IMG/VR virus record: IMGVR_UViG_3300025122_005623
Reading direction: 5' to 3' (one strand)
Source of the DNA: an uncultured virus (IMG/VR IMGVR_UViG_3300025122_005623)
Lineage: Duplodnaviria > Heunggongvirae > Uroviricota > Caudoviricetes
Length of the DNA: 64,000 bases
Shown here: piece by piece, positions 1 through 9,563 of the stretch
Layout: each line of letters opens with the position of its first letter
Position numbering within the stretch: the stretch's first letter is position 1
Program-made: the position numbers and the translations under genes
Notes under the pieces: model-generated
Database searches by the model: none
The model's input: only the letters and a program-made list of their open reading frames with translations
What the model was told of the DNA's origin: nothing

Positions 1-1045
1 GAGAGAAGAAATCCATAATTTTAGTGCTTGTGGTCATGCTAACGCCCACCTCGTTCAACAACGATACTTGGTCGCGAAGAACCTTTTGGTTTGCTTTCCC
101 CTCTAAACTAAAAGCTGACATTCCCTTACGCAACTCTGTGTGGGCACCGTAGGCTTCCTCGATACTTACACCGTACTGTATGAGGGCCGTGTGAGATTGC
201 CAAATCTCATTAGCTTTTAAAAACCCGTCTTCAACACCAGCCACGGCAACCAGATTGGCGCGCAATTTATCTGTTTGTACTACGAGAAGCATTGAAACCT
301 CTAATATCTTTTGAAAAGTAGACATCAGAACGTTAGCGGGGGTAAGCATCGTTCCCAACGTCTCCGCAATATCCTCCATAGGGTCGTCGGCCAATAAAAT
401 GCCACCTACCAGGGTTTTCTCCCAAGCGTCACTTACCCCCAACGTTGTTTCCACTAATGTTTGTGTGCGCGCTACAAGATTTCTCGTGGCTTTTTCGGCG
501 CGGTCGCGCTGATGGGCTTCCTTTTCTTGTTGTTTCCAAATTTCGAGCTGTTTCGCGATGGCGGCATCCGTCTCGATATTCGTTGCCACCAAGTGTTTTC
601 TCTGCTTGTCCCATTGCTTTTGCTGGTCGCGCCAAAAAGGCTTACTAACCAAACCGAGCTCTTTCAGTTTAGCGATGCGACGGGCGACCGACTTGTCATG
701 TTCTTCAATTTCTTTTCGGCGCGCTTCGTGTTCTTGCCGCGCGTCGTCGAGGTTGGCGCGCTGGACTTGCGCAGCCTTCCGTAACTCTCTAACTTCCCTT
801 TGCCGCAAATCGAGGTTCATTTTAAGAATCTCGCGCTGGTCGAGGTTGAACTCTTTATACGTGTCTCTTAACTCTGTTAATTCTTGCCTTTCTTCAGCAA
901 GCCGTTTAAGTTCTTTATTACGATATTCAAGAGAGCGCTCTTGCTCTGCCACAATAGCCGCCCACATCGCCTGCGCGCGCTCATCCGGGGCGCCTCCTCC
1001 GGGTGGGGTTTCAGGCGCTAAACTAATGGTGTTCCATTTCGTCAT
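1..1045 (-). CDS. Probable tape measure protein, N-terminal part (runs off the window edge)
   Basis: Not in the ORF track because it has no stop in the window. Hand translation from ATG 1045 (MTKWNTISLAPETPPGGG...) stays open to position 1. Charged coiled-coil N-terminus, then helical segments (QYGVSIEEAYGAH, LLNEVGVSMTT). Lies after the sheath, tube and chaperone-like genes. Confidence 0.65.
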   Translation of the reverse strand, partial: MTKWNTISLAPETPPGGGAPDERAQAMWAAIVAEQERSLEYRNKELKRLAEERQELTELRDTYKEFNLDQREILKMNLDLRQREVRELRKAAQVQRANLDDARQEHEARRKEIEEHDKSVARRIAKLKELGLVSKPFWRDQQKQWDKQRKHLVATNIETDAAIAKQLEIWKQQEKEAHQRDRAEKATRNLVARTQTLVETTLGVSDAWEKTLVGGILLADDPMEDIAETLGTMLTPANVLMSTFQKILEVSMLLVVQTDKLRANLVAVAGVEDGFLKANEIWQSHTALIQYGVSIEEAYGAHTELRKGMSAFSLEGKANQKVLRDQVSLLNEVGVSMTTSTKIMDFFS

Positions 1046-1053
1046 CGTTTAGT

Positions 1054-1392
1054 TTACTTAAAAGGCCATTTCAACCCAGTTTCGCGTTCGAAGGAAGCAA
1101 CTGCTTTTTCAAGATCGTGTCGACTTCTAAAACTACGAGGATCGTTGAGGCCATACTTCATAAAGGTCTCCATATAACGCTTCTCGCCGGCTAGTGCATC
1201 CCCAAAAGAAGCAACTTGAGATGGAGTTCCTTTAATGGAGGCTCGGAGGGATGGCGCTAGTAAATCAGTGCTGCCAAACATGCTAGTAAGAAGCAGTTTT
1301 ATGGCTCCTCCCATCATTGTTAAAAAGCTTTCATTTACAAGCCCTTTTTTGGCAGCATTTAAATCAATTACAACGGGAACTAGATCGTTCAT
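1054..1392 (-). CDS. Hypothetical protein between the tail chaperone-like pair and the tape measure gene
   Basis: ORF track gives 1054..1407. ATG at 1392 (MNDLVPVV) has GAGGA about 6 nt upstream and an ACTAATTA motif at 1418-1425. Confidence 0.7.
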   Translation of the reverse strand: MNDLVPVVIDLNAAKKGLVNESFLTMMGGAIKLLLTSMFGSTDLLAPSLRASIKGTPSQVASFGDALAGEKRYMETFMKYGLNDPRSFRSRHDLEKAVASFERETGLKWPFK

Positions 1393-1443
1393 TTGTTTTC
1401 CTCGCACTGGTACATCATAATTAGTTTAAAAAACTAAATAACG

Positions 1444-1701
1444 CTACTGTTTATGTGCCAAGGGGGTAGGAGGGGAGCTATGTGTGCCCAGTTCAGACTT
1501 CGGGGAGGCTGGTCCGCTCTTCGAAGCTGCCTCCATTGCATCGCTTTCGGCTTTCTTCTGTTCGGATAAACGCCTCACGAACCACTCTCTCAATTTTATC
1601 GGTAAATTGTATGCCTCGGTGAAGCTCCAACCCCCATGATACTTTAAGAAAAAGAATTGTTCATACATGCCCTCAGCATATTCATCGCTGAGGCCAAAAA
1701 A
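1444..1701 (-). CDS. T4 gp51-like baseplate hub assembly / tail chaperone C-terminal ORF (possibly reached by frameshift; alternative ATG at 1668)
   Basis: FFGLSDEY...MYEQFFFLKYHGGWSFTEAYNLPIKLREWFVRRL resembles gp51-like and chaperone second-ORF sequences. Overlaps the end of the upstream ORF at a run of 7 T. Confidence 0.65.
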   Translation of the reverse strand, partial: FFGLSDEYAEGMYEQFFFLKYHGGWSFTEAYNLPIKLREWFVRRLSEQKKAESDAMEAASKSGPASPKSELGTHSSPPTPLAHKQ

Positions 1702-2557
1702 AGTCGGTTGTAAAGGGAAATATGATATCGTCTTCGTAACTACAAGCGTCACAGACGAATACCTCCTTTAGTTCTACGTTGGGGCTAACCTTCTGGTAGG
1801 TGTCTCGCAAGTGGCGCGCATCCACCATCGTCATGGTCTCTACAAACTTATCTATCAACTTTGTGTCTGTATAACCATCAATTGCGACAACCATTAGTTT
1901 AAGTTGATCGGTGATAAGGTGCTCGGGTAACTTTTTTTTCTTTCGCTTCTCGGTGGAGCGCACGAGAGCATTTTCTTCACGACCTGAGAGAATCCGGAAT
2001 TCTACTTGAACCGGGTTTTTAGGTAAATTTATAAGAAACGTTCCGCTTTCGGTGATCTTCACTCCTTCTTCTATCATTTCGTCCTCAGTAAGCCCGGTGT
2101 GCATATGAGCTTCTTCTAGATCATAAGTTCGCTTTTCTGCTTCTCCGCAGTTAGGACAAGTAATGGTGGTAATGTAATCTGCCCCATAGCCCGATTTGCG
2201 AGCCGCTATCAAGATGGCGTTTTTATCTCCGCTAAGAAGATTATCTGGCTTGATGCGTTTATCGACAATAAGATTAGAAATAAGACGATCAAGCGCCACT
2301 CCTTTCTGCAATAGACTTTGAGAAGTTAAAATATCCTCCTCCTTGGCGGTCATAAATTTGATTTCAATATGCTCTTGACCGTGGAGCGGGTGCTCAGGCC
2401 TATAAAGCAATCCATGACTTGGAAGCTCTACAAACTCGGTAGGTACCACAAACGAAAACGGTTCCCCTTCGGGGCGTTCGTCATGGAGTGTTTGGGCAGG
2501 AGGATCTAAATCTGGCTGTGGCGCCGAGAATCGATCTTCATTATTTCGGATTGACAA
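1682..2557 (-). CDS. T4 gp26-like baseplate hub / tail assembly chaperone with two CxxC motifs
   Basis: VELPSHG..Y, IKFMTAKEEDILT, ILIAARKSGYG, CPNC and CDAC, ends FFWP. TTG start with GAGGTG upstream. Confidence 0.8.
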   Translation of the reverse strand: MSIRNNEDRFSAPQPDLDPPAQTLHDERPEGEPFSFVVPTEFVELPSHGLLYRPEHPLHGQEHIEIKFMTAKEEDILTSQSLLQKGVALDRLISNLIVDKRIKPDNLLSGDKNAILIAARKSGYGADYITTITCPNCGEAEKRTYDLEEAHMHTGLTEDEMIEEGVKITESGTFLINLPKNPVQVEFRILSGREENALVRSTEKRKKKKLPEHLITDQLKLMVVAIDGYTDTKLIDKFVETMTMVDARHLRDTYQKVSPNVELKEVFVCDACSYEDDIIFPFTTDFFWPQR

Positions 2558-2581
2558 AAGTCACCTCTCTTTCTGTAAGTA

Positions 2582-2614
2582 ATTATACCACTAAATGATT
2601 TTTTATTTAAATTA
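2582..2614 (-). promoter_or_regulatory. Sigma70-type extended -10 promoter (TGGTATAAT)
   Basis: Minus strand reads TTTAAA-18 nt-TATAAT with TG at the extended -10 position. The motif ends about 25 nt upstream of the gp26-like start. Confidence 0.55.
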
Positions 2615-2617
2615 ATA

Positions 2618-4330
2618 TCACGGGGTCTCGTTGTTGCGCGCCTCGCGGTCGCGGCGGCGGGCTTCAGCAAGCGCCTCCATACGGCTAGCATTCTCTCGGC
2701 GGGCTCGGTCCTGCGCAGCTTCTCTCCGTATTTGTGCGCGCTGTTCCGGGGTTATCTGGCCGGACCACTGGGCACCGCGGGATTCAGGGCCGGGGGGCCC
2801 GCCAGGTTGATCCACGCGGCGCTGGCCGGTGTTGGACAGACTGTCGAACAGGTCACCGGAGGGGGCCTCCGCCGGGGCGGAGGGCCCTGCAAGAGACTCC
2901 GCTGACATACCTTGTCGGCGTCTCGCCTCGGTCTGCGCATCTTGCCCCTTCTGGAACTCGTCTTGTGCCGATTGCCATTCAGGAGAATTTTTTCGATCGA
3001 GCTCTGCATTGTCAGCCTTCTTCTGGTCTTCCCCAGCGCGCATAGCGTCTGCTCGGGCTTTAGACGCTTCAACTCTCTTCGCGTCGGCCGTGGCCTGCGC
3101 CTGATTCATTTCTGCCGCCTTACGTGCCTTGCGCTGCTCCTGCTCTTCCACCGCTCGCGCTTCGCGCGTAAGGCTGGTCACTCCTGCTTGATACTCAGCG
3201 CTGGCCTCTGCTAACACGGGAGGATCTTTATCGGCGGAACCGTGGATTGCCGTCCAGGCAGGGCCCTGGCCAGGGCCCTTACCCATTGCAATGCCCCGTT
3301 TCTCGCGGCCCGAATCCGGCAGCTGCTTGTCCTGGGCTATAAACTTTCGAACGTCCCCTATAGAATTCCGCACTATACGGTTCGAATAACTGGCATAAGA
3401 TGCCGCAATTTCGGGTTTATCCTCGTTAATCTTGTGCTTCACATCGTTAGTGTTGCCCGGGCCATTTACTTCATAATCTACATATCCTGCAGCTCCAGGC
3501 CTCACTAGTATTTCAAGTGTCACAAAATCATCGCTACTATAACTATAAGGACTAATTTTCCATGATGTAATTACCGGATTCTTAATAATATACCGAGCAA
3601 TCCACGGGGCTGAAAAATATTTATAAGCGCCGCCGCGATTAGGCTCCCAACTATAGGTCGCCTCTTGTCCTGAAGGGTTGGCTAAAGTGCCCCCAGCCCA
3701 CTCATATACAATTAGCTGTGGGATCGGCCTGAAATTATCCCCACGCAGCGTAAGTGATGAATTAGTACGGCTCGAGTTCTTTTCCTTGTAGCCGGAGTAC
3801 GGCGCGCTCTTCCGGCATTTGCGCAGTTCGGAGCCCAGCTTCCCTTTACACGGATTCGTCGTCGGCACAGTCGGCGTTGCCTCCGCGGATTGCGCTCCAG
3901 CGGACAGCCCCCATGTATCATGGTACGCTTTTCCGGGGCCCCTAAAATAAGTTAAAAAATTCATCGACCACTCTAAATCGGCTCCCTTAGAAACAATCAA
4001 TTTCATTGACATTGGAGTAAATTTTTCCTCTCCCTTAATACGGGCCGAATTAATGGTAACCCCATGCACAACATCTGCTTCAAGCTCGTAACTATATTCG
4101 GCTTTCGAGAGGTCCGTAATAGCAAAGTTAGTTTCGTTATAATTAAGATGTTTTCCACAACGGACAGTGCCGGCCTTACTTAAATGTTTAGCAAGTAGGT
4201 AGGCGCGCCCACCGAAGACATGCTCCTGAGCATGTGTCGTAGGACTAAAATAAGGAAAATTTACGCTAAAGCGATAAGAGCGCTTAGGCTCTTTTAGTGA
4301 GTTAGCCCATGAAAAAGGACGATTGGCCAC
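2618..4330 (-). CDS. Tail tube paralog with insertions and a long charged/low-complexity C-terminal extension
   Basis: WANSLKEPKRSYRFSVNF and YIIKNPVITSWKISPYSYSSDDFVTLEI align with FWNNASVEPKRTHRFLVQF and YRLNNAWVKSISYSTLDYASEDLLTVDV of the adjacent tube gene. Confidence 0.65.
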   Translation of the reverse strand: MANRPFSWANSLKEPKRSYRFSVNFPYFSPTTHAQEHVFGGRAYLLAKHLSKAGTVRCGKHLNYNETNFAITDLSKAEYSYELEADVVHGVTINSARIKGEEKFTPMSMKLIVSKGADLEWSMNFLTYFRGPGKAYHDTWGLSAGAQSAEATPTVPTTNPCKGKLGSELRKCRKSAPYSGYKEKNSSRTNSSLTLRGDNFRPIPQLIVYEWAGGTLANPSGQEATYSWEPNRGGAYKYFSAPWIARYIIKNPVITSWKISPYSYSSDDFVTLEILVRPGAAGYVDYEVNGPGNTNDVKHKINEDKPEIAASYASYSNRIVRNSIGDVRKFIAQDKQLPDSGREKRGIAMGKGPGQGPAWTAIHGSADKDPPVLAEASAEYQAGVTSLTREARAVEEQEQRKARKAAEMNQAQATADAKRVEASKARADAMRAGEDQKKADNAELDRKNSPEWQSAQDEFQKGQDAQTEARRRQGMSAESLAGPSAPAEAPSGDLFDSLSNTGQRRVDQPGGPPGPESRGAQWSGQITPEQRAQIRREAAQDRARRENASRMEALAEARRRDREARNNETP

Positions 4331-4336
4331 AAGTTA

Positions 4337-4885
4337 TTATACACCCCCGACCTGTTGCTCTCCTCGGTAGTAATTGGCCCAATCATATCGGAACACAACG
4401 TCCACCGTGAGTAGATCTTCTGAAGCATAGTCCAAGGTGGAATAAGAAATGCTTTTCACCCACGCATTATTAAGACGATAGGTGCCCACCGTTGTCCCAT
4501 CTCCATCAAGATCCTTAAGCAAAACCTCGCCCACGGCATTGGTAGCATCAAACTTGTTGATAGTGCCTCCTTGGTCTACGTTTTCTGTAGTAGAAATGGC
4601 ATTGGGATCCACCCAGCCCGAACCAATAAGAATAGCGGTTAGCTGGTCATCCATGTCAGGACTAAGGGAATCCACAAAACTGATCGTTACATCCGACCAG
4701 CTAATGGAGCCGGGATAATAATAAGTTTGTCCTAGAAACTTATGTTCTGTTTGCCCAATCTCGAATGCGGGTTTCGTCGCCGTCCGAGCATAAATTTGTG
4801 AGCTACTCCCATCCGGCAAAGTAAACTGTACTAAAAACCGATGTGTTCTCTTTGGTTCTACCGATGCATTATTCCAAAAGGCCAT
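4337..4885 (-). CDS. Tail tube protein (T4 gp19-like)
   Basis: 182 aa, directly after the sheath. EPKR..RF, YYPG...WSDVTISF, Y.L.NAW, LDY, FRYDWA motifs. Confidence 0.85.
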   Translation of the reverse strand: MAFWNNASVEPKRTHRFLVQFTLPDGSSSQIYARTATKPAFEIGQTEHKFLGQTYYYPGSISWSDVTISFVDSLSPDMDDQLTAILIGSGWVDPNAISTTENVDQGGTINKFDATNAVGEVLLKDLDGDGTTVGTYRLNNAWVKSISYSTLDYASEDLLTVDVVFRYDWANYYRGEQQVGGV

Positions 4886-4910
4886 TTTTTATTTTACTCC
4901 CATAGTACTT

Positions 4911-4918
4911 TAATTAGT
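4911..4918 (-). promoter_or_regulatory. Representative copy of the recurrent (A)CTAWTTA intergenic motif (candidate late promoter)
   Basis: Plus-strand TAAWTAG(T) copies at 1418, 4911, 8095, 10846, 10864, 13856, 14570, 15577, 20482, 31442, 39622, 39639, with variant TAACTAGT at 37540. All lie in intergenic gaps upstream of minus-strand genes. Confidence 0.7.
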
Positions 4919-4949
4919 GGAGCGTAGTAAATACGCCCCATCTAATTTC

Positions 4950-7900
4950 TTAATCGTCAAATGATGCTCCAGTTCTTGTAATGATGAAATCCAGAGCAAT
5001 AAATTCGATTGCTCTCGTGGGCTTCAAGAATACCTTAGCATACATAATATTTCTGTCAATCAACTCTGGTGTGGTAGTAGTGTTATCTAGAATCACCCGA
5101 TAATCAGAAAGACCATAACGAGACTTAACCGACCTTAAGAGAGGTTCGACGCGTCCCAAGAATCGATCCCATGTAACTTGAATGTTCGGATCGAACAGAA
5201 TAGTTGCAGCAATCCGCGAAATCTGCTTCTTCAAATATATAAGCAGCCGTCGCACATTGATGCGGTCTAGAGCAGACTGGCTAGCTTGTAGCGTCTTTTG
5301 ACCAAATACCACAATGCCCTCCGCGGGGAAACTCGCAATGGGGTTAATACTTACCTCATATAGTTTATCTCGCTCGCTACTCGTGAGCTTGTCAAGAACC
5401 CCTACCACTGGAATCCCGGCAGCCCCTTGACTGAGGCCCCCGCGATTAAAGCCCGCAGGAGCGAACCACAATTCAGACCGTTGTTCTGAACTGGCATAGG
5501 TTCCCAGAGCGACCACGGATGGGGGCATCCACAAACGCACACCATTAACAGTGTCTCTTGCCTGGACCCACGGATAGTAAGCCGCCGCATAACTCGTATT
5601 GAGAGAGCGATCCTTAAGCTTGCCTACGGTGCCGCTTACATCGCCCTTACGATTGGCAAACGACTCAGTGTTTTCTACACTAGAAGTATAACCGCTTTCC
5701 AAATCAATAATTGCCATCGCATCCGCGCGAGCTTCGCACACGCGCATCAGATGATCGGTTACTCCTCGGGACCAAACGCCCGGAATGGTGGCCAAGTTGA
5801 TGTCCACCACCTCAGAATCGGCAACCGTGTTGATGCCCTTAGTGCAAGTATAATATATCGCGTTAGTGCGAGCATTTGTCGCCGGATTACCCACGCCTCC
5901 AAGGGCGCGCGTGTTATTAACCGGCTCGCTTTCCATAATATCCCACCCGTCAAAGCCGCCTACCAGAGGCACCGTAAATCGGTTGAAATTGAGATCTAGA
6001 ATTGCCTCATATGAAGAGCTAAGATATGTAATAGAGTTCCCATCCACATATCCTCCTTGGAAATAAGGCTCTCCGCTTTGTGCCTGCGTACCCGACAAGT
6101 AGTTGAACCCGTCAGTACCACTATGGAATACTCGATCCCATGTGGACGAGCCTCCTGGAGTGGCGCCGCACAGGTTATCTAGAGAGAAACCCGGGCCTCG
6201 CTGAAGCTGGTCCTTATCATTTGGATCGGCCCCAAACAAGCTCCCTGGCCTAACTCGGAGATGGTCTCGAACCGAGGGATCGAAGATTAGTGAAGTGCTA
6301 GACTTCTGTACATTCAGTCCGAAATATGCATCATTATCCTTTAGCATTTGATTATCCGAAGAAGAATTTCTAAGCGGAAGTAACGGGTACTGGAAACTGG
6401 CGGTTAGCAGCCGGAGTGCGCCCGTGTCGCCCTGGCAGCCACCAAAGGCAATGGAGCTCGAATTCGCAAGCCATTGCGCTCCGCCGGCGCTGGGCGCCGA
6501 ACCTACCGAACCCGAACCTAGCGAAAAGAGGGAATCGGGCCCGTTAGTCGCGGAGGCGCCCATGGTGCCCGCGGTGGCCACATTAAAGGTGGCGAAGCCG
6601 TCGCCGTTGTGCTCAGCGCCCGAAACCGCATTGAACCCAACATACATTGGAAGTCCCTTAAAGCCAAAGGGAAGTAGATCATCATCAGTCCAGTTGTTGG
6701 CAACTGCATCGTTCATCTCAATACGAATATAGCGAGACTGGTTATCGTATTCTCCCTGCGAACGATACTTGTTGTCGGTATCGCTCCACGATAACTGCTT
6801 ATCACCAATTCTTCGCGCAATATAGCTGGGCGAATTAGGATTTAAGTTGAGTTCGTCAAACTGTTCTAAAATCATGGGGTTGGCATCATTATCTCCCAAT
6901 TCTCTTACAATTAGAGTAAAAGATCCAAAAGCATTGAATTCTGGCTGCGGTGATTGTTTGATATGACTAAATGAAATCTTATAGCTGCGCTCGGCGTATT
7001 CCGCATCGTCAAGAGCCACTACCGTAAACAGCTCTTGCTGGTTATTGGGGGTGAAAGTCGCAGCACTTCCCACATCCTTGCTCTGCGCAACAATAGGTGG
7101 CGTACGTGGCGATCGCCAAGACTTCTTGAAATTAGCAGAATTAATAGCCGACCCACTTCCTAATGAAAGGAGTACTCCAAACTTATTTGAAAAATTATCC
7201 AGGCTTCCTACTTGATCAAGACATACGCGCTCGAAACTATCGCCAAGCCAGTATCCCTTACGTACCGAAGGTGATGTAATGTTGGGATTAGTCAATTGGG
7301 GATTGGTGTTAAAGACCTTCCGGATATAGCGGCCGGACTTTTCATTAAAATTGAAAGTCGTCGACTTCTCAACCGAACTTCCGCTAGTAATAACAACCTT
7401 GAATTCTGCTTTCGAGCCGACTGTGACCGGCTCCACAAACATTGCATCTCCTTGTCCCGTAGTTGCAGGAATATCCGACGCGCCCTCGGCTTTACCAGCA
7501 ATACCTCCACTTAGGGCAATAGTCACATCAGGTTGCAAATACCACGTGGCCAGAAGGCTGGCTTTACCATGAGCAGATCCCGAAGCACAAACCCATAGCC
7601 CATATACGCCGCCTTTGTTATCTTCGGCGTCCGATTGGCCGCCGCCGACGGCGGACTGGGGGTTCTGTAGTGACCACCCCGCGGCGCCCGCGGCCGTTGC
7701 CGAAGCGTGGGCGCCCCCTAGTAGACGAACAAAAGTAACAGGGCTGTTATTCGCCAAATAAGCCTGTACGGCATAGGCCGCATAGGTAGGTGCCGTATAG
7801 TTTCCGTTTCGCCATACATCGCCCCCCTGGCCACCGGCTGATGGGGTACCAAATAATTGAACAAATTCAGCGAAATTTCTAACTGTAGTAGGTCGGAGCG

Positions 7901-8030
7901 CGGGCCCTTTACTGGTGCGCCCTATAACGGCCGGCCCTGTTGCCGGTACTGTGGTGACAGGTATTACAGATCTATCAATCTCATTAATAAAAATACCCGG
8001 CGAAACAAATCTAAATCTATCTACAGACAT
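4950..8030 (-). CDS. Contractile tail sheath protein (gp18-like) with large insertion domains
   Basis: FVSPGIFINEID N-terminus. YAAAYYPW, WFAPAGFNRG, INPIASFP, VFGQKTLQ, SALDRINVRRL, KPTRAIEFI C-terminal motifs. Confidence 0.95.
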   Translation of the reverse strand: MSVDRFRFVSPGIFINEIDRSVIPVTTVPATGPAVIGRTSKGPALRPTTVRNFAEFVQLFGTPSAGGQGGDVWRNGNYTAPTYAAYAVQAYLANNSPVTFVRLLGGAHASATAAGAAGWSLQNPQSAVGGGQSDAEDNKGGVYGLWVCASGSAHGKASLLATWYLQPDVTIALSGGIAGKAEGASDIPATTGQGDAMFVEPVTVGSKAEFKVVITSGSSVEKSTTFNFNEKSGRYIRKVFNTNPQLTNPNITSPSVRKGYWLGDSFERVCLDQVGSLDNFSNKFGVLLSLGSGSAINSANFKKSWRSPRTPPIVAQSKDVGSAATFTPNNQQELFTVVALDDAEYAERSYKISFSHIKQSPQPEFNAFGSFTLIVRELGDNDANPMILEQFDELNLNPNSPSYIARRIGDKQLSWSDTDNKYRSQGEYDNQSRYIRIEMNDAVANNWTDDDLLPFGFKGLPMYVGFNAVSGAEHNGDGFATFNVATAGTMGASATNGPDSLFSLGSGSVGSAPSAGGAQWLANSSSIAFGGCQGDTGALRLLTASFQYPLLPLRNSSSDNQMLKDNDAYFGLNVQKSSTSLIFDPSVRDHLRVRPGSLFGADPNDKDQLQRGPGFSLDNLCGATPGGSSTWDRVFHSGTDGFNYLSGTQAQSGEPYFQGGYVDGNSITYLSSSYEAILDLNFNRFTVPLVGGFDGWDIMESEPVNNTRALGGVGNPATNARTNAIYYTCTKGINTVADSEVVDINLATIPGVWSRGVTDHLMRVCEARADAMAIIDLESGYTSSVENTESFANRKGDVSGTVGKLKDRSLNTSYAAAYYPWVQARDTVNGVRLWMPPSVVALGTYASSEQRSELWFAPAGFNRGGLSQGAAGIPVVGVLDKLTSSERDKLYEVSINPIASFPAEGIVVFGQKTLQASQSALDRINVRRLLIYLKKQISRIAATILFDPNIQVTWDRFLGRVEPLLRSVKSRYGLSDYRVILDNTTTTPELIDRNIMYAKVFLKPTRAIEFIALDFIITRTGASFDD

Positions 8031-8124
8031 TGTGTGGTCTCTCCCTAATTTTGCTCTCTATATTCCATACGAGAAAACAATTAATTTTCTTAACTAAATA
8101 GTTAAGCCAACTTCTAAAAACCTT

Positions 8125-9072
8125 CTAAGATCTATAAAAGCCCCGATCATCAATAAAATCTGGGATATCACCAAGTATTACGCGTTCCCGGGGGATTTTA
8201 ACTTCAACAGCATTTTCTCTTATTACCACTTTTGGACGTTCTCCATTGGGACCGTCATCCATCAAATATCCTAACACATCTAGGGTAATAATGGTTTCAT
8301 AATTTCGAAGCTCCATTTCTAGGCCGGCCGAATTCGCATTATTAACAAAACTTCCCTCAATAAAAACCTCAAACTTGTGTCCATCGCGCTCGATGCGCCG
8401 TGGCATTGTATTGAGTCCTCCTTGACGCAACAGAGGTGTTACTAAATCATTCATTTGAGTTTGGTATTCGGTTCTTAAGCTAATTTCATAAATTACGGAA
8501 ACCCAAACTGGCAATGGCATAGTGATGGTTTCATATACTGTTTTTTTATTCACTATAGTGGGGAAGGTGCTTTGGCCATTTCCAATCCCGGCAACATTCC
8601 CGTTATCTACTTTCCTACGCGCAAGAGCATTTTGAAATTCGGCGGTCTTTTTTTGATTAATGCGCCGGGCTACCGTAATTGTGCCTCCTTGCGGATCATT
8701 AATAGGACGCACGTTAGCATATGGAATCGCCCTTTTCCCTATATCTTTACTTACGGATTTACGTTCTAAAGTGATAAGCGGGAGGATTAAAGTCTCTTCT
8801 GTATCTCGAAGATCTTTATTGGCTTTTATTTGAAAGGACCGCTCGCTAGAGGCCCAGATGATGGGCACCTTTTTAAAGCCATTGTTGGTGGTCGTGGACA
8901 AATCCAGCCTTTCATTGAGATAATCATACATAGCATAATCGATCGTCTCTAAATTAGACGGCATTAACTCAATTTCTTGCAAAATAGATGGATCTTTAAG
9001 ACCCGTCCAACTATGCTTTTTAGGATTCTTAATCTCTTCTTCGGTTTGTATTGATTGACTACGTGGCGACAC
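8125..9072 (-). CDS. Neck / tail terminator protein (gp15-like)
   Basis: KVPIIW, LPLITL, P..V.V.YEISL.T...QMN motifs. Lies between the neck and sheath genes. GTG at 9072 preferred over the ORF-track start at 9108. Confidence 0.65.
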   Translation of the reverse strand: MSPRSQSIQTEEEIKNPKKHSWTGLKDPSILQEIELMPSNLETIDYAMYDYLNERLDLSTTTNNGFKKVPIIWASSERSFQIKANKDLRDTEETLILPLITLERKSVSKDIGKRAIPYANVRPINDPQGGTITVARRINQKKTAEFQNALARRKVDNGNVAGIGNGQSTFPTIVNKKTVYETITMPLPVWVSVIYEISLRTEYQTQMNDLVTPLLRQGGLNTMPRRIERDGHKFEVFIEGSFVNNANSAGLEMELRNYETIITLDVLGYLMDDGPNGERPKVVIRENAVEVKIPRERVILGDIPDFIDDRGFYRS

Positions 9073-9559
9073 GGAAATTCCCCCTTCTTGCTCTACGACA
9101 CTCAGCACTTACTTGAAACTTGTGATTCACTTGGCCAAAATAGTACCTGGTATCATTATAAATTCTCATAATTTCGTAAAACGTGTCCCCATATTGTATA
9201 AAATCCCCAGCTCGGACATTTAAATTTTGATCTGCGGTCAGCCTTTTACGATTAAAATGCACATTTATTTTACTCTGATATTCATACGAATATTTATCAT
9301 TGGTTTGCTCGTTGTCCACTTCTACCATGGCATAAACACGAATTGGCGGCAGACACATCTTGTTAATGGCCTCTCCATAAAGAGAATGAAAATTGGTCCT
9401 ATCGACATCTACAGGATAATAAACCACGGTTTGGCCAATAACGCGTTCTAGAAGCTCATCATTAACTTGCTTAACAAGATCGCGTTCCTTTTTCCCAAAA
9501 AACATGGGAGGAGGCGGTGCTGCTGGTTGAGACCATTTATCGTTAGGGTTGTTTGCCAT
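9059..9559 (-). CDS. Neck / head closure protein (gp14-like)
   Basis: GQTVVYY, LYGEA, GDFI...FYEI motifs; position after the gp13-like gene. Confidence 0.7.
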   Translation of the reverse strand: MANNPNDKWSQPAAPPPPMFFGKKERDLVKQVNDELLERVIGQTVVYYPVDVDRTNFHSLYGEAINKMCLPPIRVYAMVEVDNEQTNDKYSYEYQSKINVHFNRKRLTADQNLNVRAGDFIQYGDTFYEIMRIYNDTRYYFGQVNHKFQVSAECRRARRGNFRVAT

Positions 9560-9563
9560 TCAA

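Noticed and set aside
4919..4939. Small hairpin between the sheath and tube genes
   Set aside because: Short imperfect stem with no U-tract; insufficient for a terminator call.
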